Assembly: GCA_043821365.1 (NCBI GenBank)
Contig: JBDRCX010000003.1
Coordinates: 61,727 to 125,726, forward strand
Length of the DNA stretch: 64,000 bases
Source of the DNA: Candidatus Micrarchaeota archaeon
GTDB lineage: Archaea; Micrarchaeota; Micrarchaeia; Anstonellales; Bilamarchaeaceae
Reading direction: 5' to 3'
Shown here: piece after piece, positions 59,201 through 64,000 of the stretch
Position numbering within the stretch: position 1 is the first letter of the stretch
Layout of the letters: every line of letters begins with the position of its first letter
Translations under genes and position numbers: made by a program
The notes under the pieces: generated by a model
What the model was told of the DNA's origin: nothing
What the model saw: the letters and a program-made list of their open reading frames with translations, nothing else
The model's database searches: none

Positions 59201-59433
59201 CCTGATTCTATAAGTGCTTTTTCAACCAAATCCTGTATCTCTTCAACTGTTGGTGTATAAGATTCGGCAAATTTCTTGTTTATATATTGCACAACCAAAT
59301 CTGCAACTTTTTCTGCTTCTGCCTGATCACTACCCCCAACAGATTTTGCTGCCTTGAAAATTGCAGTAGCAATCTTTTCTTTGTTAAAATCAACAATGGA
59401 TCCATCTCGTTTTTGTATTTTAGTTATAGTCAT
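56281..59433 (-). CDS. nrdJ: Class II (B12-dependent) ribonucleotide reductase with N-terminal ATP cone and intein
   Basis: ATP cone (KRDG..VDFNKEKI), PNSPALMN, SACFV, GGGTG, RRGANM, split NP|CGE, SIAPTGTIS, KGITIYR. Confidence 0.93.
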   Translation of the reverse strand: MTITKIQKRDGSIVDFNKEKIATAIFKAAKSVGGSDQAEAEKVADLVVQYINKKFAESYTPTVEEIQDLVEKALIESGHAATAKSYIIYRHRKNIEREMKKVLGVEDDLKLPLNSIQVLERRYLLKDETGKTIETPSGLFRRVARHLASNETNYGADETVTKRYEDAFYQVMTNFEFLPNSPALMNAGTGIGQLSACFVLPVKDDIEQIFESVKHQAIIHKTGGGTGFCFSYLRPKGDFVKSTAGVASGPISFMSAFDNATNVIKQGGKRRGANMATLHVWHPDVEEFITMKQTPGVMENFNVSVMADNNFMKAVETNSEYNLINPRSREPIRKVNARSLFKLIAYSAWKSAEPGLLFIDEINAKNPTPDDEIHATNPCISKDAIVTTNEGLIEMERVHNPLHVLGDDGNYHRITWHGKTGEKDVYLVTTKAGYELKATENHKFMTENGWKELKELSKDDRLVLQKEGKFGINSIDREMALMLGWLIGDGHMSKEAEDVIFYFGAEEKHELLPLFKAYLDNVNKKDVMPIKDKTETRLKYSSRIAKMFHDLGVRYHTAAQKEVPSSVFQLDEKSMATFLSALFAADGSVQGSKEKGISIRLASNSTKLLKQVQVLLLQFGIVSKVYFERRKVHTTVLPDTNREPKEYQCDAQHELIISRASMFKFMERIGFAISAKNKKFEKLKPNEVYDDNIDTSIESVRHCGVEPVYDLTEPVTHSFSANGLIIHNCGEVPMPDYESCNLGSINLVKFVEFDWSKTNWKNKVNWTKLRYVVRIAFQFLDNVIDLNKYPIPQIKEQTLRNRRIGLGVMGFARMLFKMGIRYDSDLGYEVGQEMMKFIQEEARKMSHELGRARGSFPNFSNSPLSKEYDAMRNATCSSIAPTGTISMISNTSSGIEPVFALSFLKTVRAGQYYYCDDIFEHVMKVRGLYSQELMQRIMEEGTIAHMDEIPDDVKEVFRVSHDISPEAHVLMQAAFQKHVDLAVSKTINMPASATVEDVENVYMLAWKNACKGITIYRDSSRSEQVLHIGKTVKTKGVEEDKTAILQVTKN
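57250..58299 (-). mobile_element. 350-aa intein with LAGLIDADG homing endonuclease in nrdJ
   Basis: Begins CISKDAIV, ends IIHN before +1 Cys; LGWLIGDGH and FLSALFAADGS motifs; interrupts NPCGE. Confidence 0.95.
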
Positions 59434-59544
59434 ATATATCTCCCGCCAAGGAGGTTACTAACCCGCCTAAATTTTTTGAACACCCTAATCTATTGCGCAA
59501 ATAATATAAATAGTGTTAATGACACGTCGACAAATAACGGATTT

Positions 59545-60069
59545 TTAAAATTTCTTTCTCAGAACTATCCACCCGCCAATGCCACCAACAACAAAATTTA
59601 CCATGGTCCCAATTAAAGCTAGACCAACTCCACACAACGCAGAAATGCCAATTCCGCTAGTTCCTGTAGTATCAAATAGAATTGATGCTATTGCAGTTTC
59701 CATAGATCCAAACCCAAAATTACCTACAGGTCTGCTTATCACTATCAACGCAAGTATGGCGTTTATTATAATTTTAATCATTGCAATTATAAAATATGAA
59801 AATGCAGCAACTGTTCCAGCGCCAATAAGGTCAAAACCATAATTTTTTGCTGAACGTATTCCTCCCCACAAATAAAGTCCAAAAAATATTGGATAGAGTA
59901 AAATAAGGTAAACCATGCTCACAAGCCCAAAAGTATCTAAATATTCTTCAGGTAATACAACAGGAAGTACCTGGACAATTGTGGATAATATAGTCAACAC
60001 AACCCCAATTACAATGATTAGTATTGAAGCCAAAAACATTTTTTTAATATCAAAGACTGGTTTTGCCAT
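59545..60069 (-). CDS. Integral membrane protein
   Basis: 4-5 hydrophobic helices; resembles 43598-44029. Confidence 0.7.
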   Translation of the reverse strand: MAKPVFDIKKMFLASILIIVIGVVLTILSTIVQVLPVVLPEEYLDTFGLVSMVYLILLYPIFFGLYLWGGIRSAKNYGFDLIGAGTVAAFSYFIIAMIKIIINAILALIVISRPVGNFGFGSMETAIASILFDTTGTSGIGISALCGVGLALIGTMVNFVVGGIGGWIVLRKKF

Positions 60070-60124
60070 TAATGAAATAATAAAAGAAAATTTATAAACT
60101 CAACCTCCACTTCTCTGGTAGCCT

Positions 60125-60316
60125 TTATTTTTGTAAGTCATCCGACAGCTCAGAAAAACATATCGGACATTTCAATTTTTCAAAAGGAGATGGATTGAAG
60201 ATGATAATTTTGTTGTTTTTTTTGGCCCATGCTTGCATTGATTCGATTGAACTTTCAGCACCCATAGAAATTGAATATTGAATAATCTCTTTTTTACATT
60301 TTTGACAGTAATACAT
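60125..60316 (-). CDS. Small zinc-ribbon protein
   Basis: YCQKC...CPIC. Confidence 0.65.
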   Translation of the reverse strand: MYYCQKCKKEIIQYSISMGAESSIESMQAWAKKNNKIIIFNPSPFEKLKCPICFSELSDDLQK

Positions 60317-60320
60317 AAAA

Positions 60321-62006
60321 TCAACAAGCATATATGAATGTCAAATGTTTTTCTTTTTTATCTAATCTACAAAACCCAAACCGTTCAAATTGTATATTAT
60401 CTCCTATGTTTAGATCAGCACAATTTGCCTCGCAATAGCCCTTTACAATTTCAAGACTTTTTGTATTGAAGGTATTATCAGGATTCAGAATATCTTTTGG
60501 TATGTAAATTTCACAATCCAATCTATTTTCACTTACCCATTGAATTTTTTTCTCGACCATCCCATCATCCATTACTTGGCCAGATAGGCATTCTCCTTTT
60601 TTTACTAGTTTAACATTGCAAAGATCTTTTAGTCTAAAAATTTCACCCTCGATAATTTGTTCCCCATCATTTGCAGAAATGTAAATAGTTTTGCTTATTT
60701 TCATTTTTCTATTTCCAATATCTTTCTTTGGATGGCATTTGAGTTCAATTATTTTCTCTTCAATGCCATCAACTTCTAATTTTATTGGATTTGGTACAAA
60801 GAAATAATGCGGTGATTCTGGATCAAGAAGTTTCCTATTTTCTGCCATAAGAATGCTTAAATCAGGTTCGCTTTCAACTTTTGAAATACCAAATGATAAA
60901 ACAAATTCTCTTATTGCTGCTGGTAGAATACCCCTTCGTTTTAGGCCTTCCAATGTTGGGAGTCTTGGATCATCCCAACCCCAAAGTTTTCCGCTTTCAA
61001 CCAATGGACGTAATAAACGTTTTGAAACAGGAGCATTCTTTATTGCGAGTCTTGATATTGAGATTAGTTTTGGAACGTGGAGTTTTAGTTTTTCTAAAAG
61101 ATAGATGTAAAGTTCATCTCTTAGTTCATATTCTTTTGATCTGATTGGGTGGGTTATATTGAGTAAAGAATCCATTACAGCACCTTGAAAATCATAGGTA
61201 GGCCAAACACGATATTTTGTTCCCTGGCGATAGTGTGGTGCCGAAATAATCCTGAATAATGTTGGATCTCGCATAACTGTATTGTCAGATCCCATATCTC
61301 CTCTGAAACGAATAGTTCCACCACCTTCTGGAACAGAGCCATTTAACATCTTTTTCCAACCAGCTAGATTTTCTTCTGAAGATTTGGAACCACATTCACA
61401 ACGACTTTTTTCCTCTCTTCCTTTTGAGATCTTCTCTTGTTCGCAAATACAGAAATAACAATCAGATTGCATTAGTAATTTTTCACAAAGTTCATACATC
61501 TTCGGTAAAAAATCGCTGCAGTATTTTTCTTCATCCCAATCCAAACCAAGCCATTTTATGCCTTTCTTTATTCCATCAACAAATTCAATTTTTTCAGCTT
61601 CTGGATTGGTATCATCCCACCTTAAAATGATTTTACCATTATATTTTTTTGCAATTGCATGTGAAAGACAAAATGCTTTTGCATGTCCTATGTGTGGCCA
61701 ACCATTAGGTTCTGGCGGATATCTTACGATAACTTTTCCATCTATTGCTCCTTCGATTTCAATTGTTTTTTTCTCTTCTGATTTTTCCACATACTCGTAT
61801 TTACCCATCTCTGTTTTGATGTCATCCTTGTTGAGTTTTGAAACCCTGGAGATTTCTGCATTTATAAGTTGTATTGTGTTTTTCATATCACTTTTTGCTT
61901 CTGGAAACTCTGCAATTACTTTACCAACAACTGAACCAGGGCTTGCTTTGCCATAGTCACAAGCATTTTTCAGTACATGTTTACTAATAACAGAATTAAG
62001 CGACAT
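60321..62006 (-). CDS. gltX: Glutamate--tRNA ligase, archaeal type
   Basis: RYPPEPNGWPHIGHA, RWDDTNP, WPTYDF, VSKR, GWDDPRLPT, QFERFGF. Confidence 0.93.
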   Translation of the reverse strand: MSLNSVISKHVLKNACDYGKASPGSVVGKVIAEFPEAKSDMKNTIQLINAEISRVSKLNKDDIKTEMGKYEYVEKSEEKKTIEIEGAIDGKVIVRYPPEPNGWPHIGHAKAFCLSHAIAKKYNGKIILRWDDTNPEAEKIEFVDGIKKGIKWLGLDWDEEKYCSDFLPKMYELCEKLLMQSDCYFCICEQEKISKGREEKSRCECGSKSSEENLAGWKKMLNGSVPEGGGTIRFRGDMGSDNTVMRDPTLFRIISAPHYRQGTKYRVWPTYDFQGAVMDSLLNITHPIRSKEYELRDELYIYLLEKLKLHVPKLISISRLAIKNAPVSKRLLRPLVESGKLWGWDDPRLPTLEGLKRRGILPAAIREFVLSFGISKVESEPDLSILMAENRKLLDPESPHYFFVPNPIKLEVDGIEEKIIELKCHPKKDIGNRKMKISKTIYISANDGEQIIEGEIFRLKDLCNVKLVKKGECLSGQVMDDGMVEKKIQWVSENRLDCEIYIPKDILNPDNTFNTKSLEIVKGYCEANCADLNIGDNIQFERFGFCRLDKKEKHLTFIYAC

Positions 62007-62040
62007 AAAGAAGTAATAACAGAAGAGGTTTAAAAATTAA

Positions 62041-62424
62041 TCAAGTTTTTTTACCAAACGTATACTTTCTTCCGATATTACCTTTTAGATTCATAGCAAG
62101 TTTAACGTCATTTGGAGGATCTTCTCTTCTGTTGAGTCTAACGCTAAGGTTACTATAAACATTATACATGCAAAGCCTATCATTATCATTTTTAAGTAAA
62201 TCTTTTAACTCAGGATGATCACGAAGAACGTTGACATAGGAATTTTTGAATAATGATAATCTCACAACATCATATATTGAATTTGCTTGTTCGTTAGTCA
62301 GATAAGACAAAGTATTGCGGAATTTTACTTCATTAGTATTCCAAGCAGATTTTATTCGTACCCACAGTTTTTTCACTTCTGGAGATATTTTTAACACATA
62401 TGCACCGATAGAATTCTGATACAA
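62041..62424 (-). CDS. Hypothetical protein
   Basis: 127-aa ORF in gltX orientation; start uncertain (TTG). Confidence 0.5.
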   Translation of the reverse strand: MYQNSIGAYVLKISPEVKKLWVRIKSAWNTNEVKFRNTLSYLTNEQANSIYDVVRLSLFKNSYVNVLRDHPELKDLLKNDNDRLCMYNVYSNLSVRLNRREDPPNDVKLAMNLKGNIGRKYTFGKKT

Positions 62425-62483
62425 ACATTTATAAATAAGTTTTGCTGCAAATAAATCAATATAACTACAAGGAGGTGTAGCTG

Positions 62484-62573
62484 ATGAACGTGAATAAAGT
62501 ATCTGGATTTAGGATGCACATGTCTAATTGTAAGTTGAGCTATGCCTTCACCATTGTCGCATGGCATGAATAA
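62484..62573 (+). CDS. Candidate 29-aa small ORF
   Basis: AAGGAGGT 7 nt before ATG; MNVNKVSGFRMHMSNCKLSYAFTIVAWHE. Confidence 0.3.
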   Translation: MNVNKVSGFRMHMSNCKLSYAFTIVAWHE

Positions 62574-62628
62574 TTGCAGGGGAAAAAGGCTTTGAAAAAA
62601 GTTGGCACCCGAAACTCCTGCGCCCGAA

Positions 62629-62658
62629 CAAACTTTTAGGAAAAGTTTGATCAAAACT
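62629..62658 (+). repeat. Copy of the REP-like hairpin family seen at 13.3-13.45 kb
   Basis: CAAACTTTT-AGG-AAAAGTTTG-ATCAAAACT versus CCACCTTTT-GGT-AAAAGGTGG-ATCAAAACT (13327-13356). Confidence 0.8.
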
Positions 62659-62746
62659 GTTCCTAAAAATTGGTTTAGAAAAATCGCCAGATAAATTCTC
62701 ATAGAATTTATAATAATGGCAATCACTTTTGTCCACCTAGGGGGCA

Positions 62747-63082
62747 TTGCTCCTTAGACCAGGACAAGAATCTGAAGGAGGCGTGGAACCTTTGGTTCCA
62801 CAAAAAATAAAGGTGAAAAAAGTGGTTGATGTAGTTGTTCCGGAAGGGCCAAATGGGCCTGACCCAGAAGATAGAGTAACATTAGATGATCGAGATATGG
62901 AGGTCGTTGCGACCAGAAGAGGTAGACCCAGAAGAGGGGTCAATAATGCGCAACTTACAAAAGTACTGAACTTGTACTTTATTGAAAAGTTGTCCATGAG
63001 AAAGGTTGCAGATGTTCTCGGAATGTCTCACATGAGTGTTTACAGAATGTTGAGTGACCCGAACCTCGAGCTACTCATTTGA
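62747..63082 (+). CDS. Helix-turn-helix DNA-binding protein
   Basis: RRGRPR (AT-hook-like) then LSMRKVADVLGMSHMSVYRML; TTG start after GGGGG. Confidence 0.75.
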   Translation: MLLRPGQESEGGVEPLVPQKIKVKKVVDVVVPEGPNGPDPEDRVTLDDRDMEVVATRRGRPRRGVNNAQLTKVLNLYFIEKLSMRKVADVLGMSHMSVYRMLSDPNLELLI

Positions 63083-63192
63083 AACCCACAAGGTTTTTCA
63101 TAGAATAGGGGGTTAATTTTTTCTATTTTTTTATTTTAATAGAATGACAAAAGTCAGGGAACCTTTATTTATATAAACTCAGAAAAAATAAT

Positions 63193-63522
63193 ATGATTAC
63201 TTGGAATGATTTTTTAAAAGTGGATTTGCGAGTTGGTAAAATTATTGCTGTTGATGATTTTCCAGAGGCTAGAAAACCAGCATACAAACTAACTATTGAT
63301 TTTGGTCCTGAAATTGGCATAAAGAAAAGTAGTGGCCAGTACACTAAACTTTATACAAAAGAGCAATTGCTTGGTCGTCTTGTTTTGTGTGTGATAAATT
63401 TTCCACCAAAACAAATTGCAAATTTCCAATCAGAGTGTCTTACAACTGGGTTTGTAACTGATAAAGGAGTTGTTTTGGCACAGCCTGAACAAGACATTCC
63501 ATTAGGGTCAAGATTAGCATAG
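63193..63522 (+). CDS. csaA: tRNA-binding protein CsaA (Trbp111-like OB fold)
   Basis: [41 protein letters not shown]. Confidence 0.92.
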   Translation: MITWNDFLKVDLRVGKIIAVDDFPEARKPAYKLTIDFGPEIGIKKSSGQYTKLYTKEQLLGRLVLCVINFPPKQIANFQSECLTTGFVTDKGVVLAQPEQDIPLGSRLA

Positions 63523-63571
63523 ATCTACCCCTAATAGTTATGGCTCACGCTAATTCTTTTTTTTGTTTTGT

Positions 63572-63652
63572 ATTTTTACGAGCAGAGCGAGTAAAAATTA
63601 GCAAAACAGCTTAGCTAACGCTAAGTATTTTTCATTTTGCCTTTGGCAAAAT
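63572..63652. repeat. REP-like hairpin cluster between csaA and the 16S 3' end
   Basis: ATTTTTACGAGCAGAGCGAGTAAAAAT (reverse copy of the 13198-13225 element), GCTTAGC-TAAC-GCTAAGT, ATTTTGCC-TTT-GGCAAAAT. Confidence 0.75.
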
Positions 63653-63756
63653 CAGTGAAAAAGAATGACTCATGCTTCAAATTAAGTAGATCCTAGCAAA
63701 TTTCGTACACATGCACACTGCTTCCAGTTATATCTGATGTGACTCAGAAAATATTT

Positions 63757-64000
63757 GGAGGTGATCTATCCGCAGGTTCCCCTACGGATACCTTGTTACG
63801 ACTTAGCCCCCCTCACGCCCTCCCGGTTCGAACTTGGCATGAACCAAGGCCTCACCGAAAAAACATTTGGGTGACTTGACGGGCGGTGTGTGCAAGGAGC
63901 GGGGACACATTCACCGCGTGATAGTGACACGCGATTACTAGCCATTCCATCTTCACGAGGGTGAGTTGCAACCCTCGATCCGAACCACGGATGGATTTAG
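63757..64000 (-). rRNA. rrs: 16S rRNA, 3' terminal ~244 nt (archaeal type, partial)
   Basis: Reverse complement contains TTGCACACACCGCCCGTC, AAGTCGTAACAAGG and ends GATCACCTCC (anti-SD). Confidence 0.98.

Noticed and set aside
59434-59545. Cobalamin riboswitch upstream of nrdJ
   Set aside because: Region is too short and lacks the conserved B12-box and core motifs
43598-60069. Resemblance between membrane proteins 43598-44029 and 59545-60069
   Set aside because: Similarity (W-x-G-x-x-SA, INA-x-L) is weak and may reflect hydrophobic composition; not raised as a finding
62391-62747. 118-aa and 62-aa minus-strand ORFs
   Set aside because: Run through the repeat hairpin, no recognisable motifs; likely spurious
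1-64000. tRNA genes, selenocysteine/pyrrolysine recoding, prophage or integrase
   Set aside because: No T-loop/cloverleaf, no conserved in-frame stop read-through and no viral hallmark genes seen by eye; tRNAscan-SE would be needed to exclude split or intron-containing tRNAs

Overview
An AT-rich archaeal chromosome segment, roughly one-third GC by eye. Archaeal evidence: the 3' end of an archaeal-type 16S rRNA gene, ABCE1, Dph5, Taw1, archaeal GluRS, FBP aldolase/phosphatase, form III RuBisCO and a class III signal-peptide pilin. The gene style suggests a DPANN lineage, probably Micrarchaeota (inference, not verified). Housekeeping content: a 2-oxoacid (pyruvate) dehydrogenase operon, threonine catabolism (tdh/kbl), PEP carboxykinase, a mevalonate-pathway decarboxylase, bacterial-type MetK, DinB, two RsmB/NOP2 + PUA-like gene pairs, and a class II ribonucleotide reductase with a 350-aa LAGLIDADG intein at its catalytic cysteine. 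An accessory tract (~34-45 kb) holds an IS200-type Y1 transposase, a VapBC-like pair, orphan enzymes (PI4K/HipA-like kinase, GT4, GNAT), Cys-tailed surface proteins and several microproteins missed by the ORF track. The most unusual signal is a dispersed family of REP-like hairpins at 13.2-13.55, 34.7-35.45, 62.6 and 63.55-63.65 kb; one copy pair shows a compensatory stem change and one motif also flanks the transposase. No CRISPR array or tRNA gene was found. All calls come from reading motifs by eye; no database searches were run.
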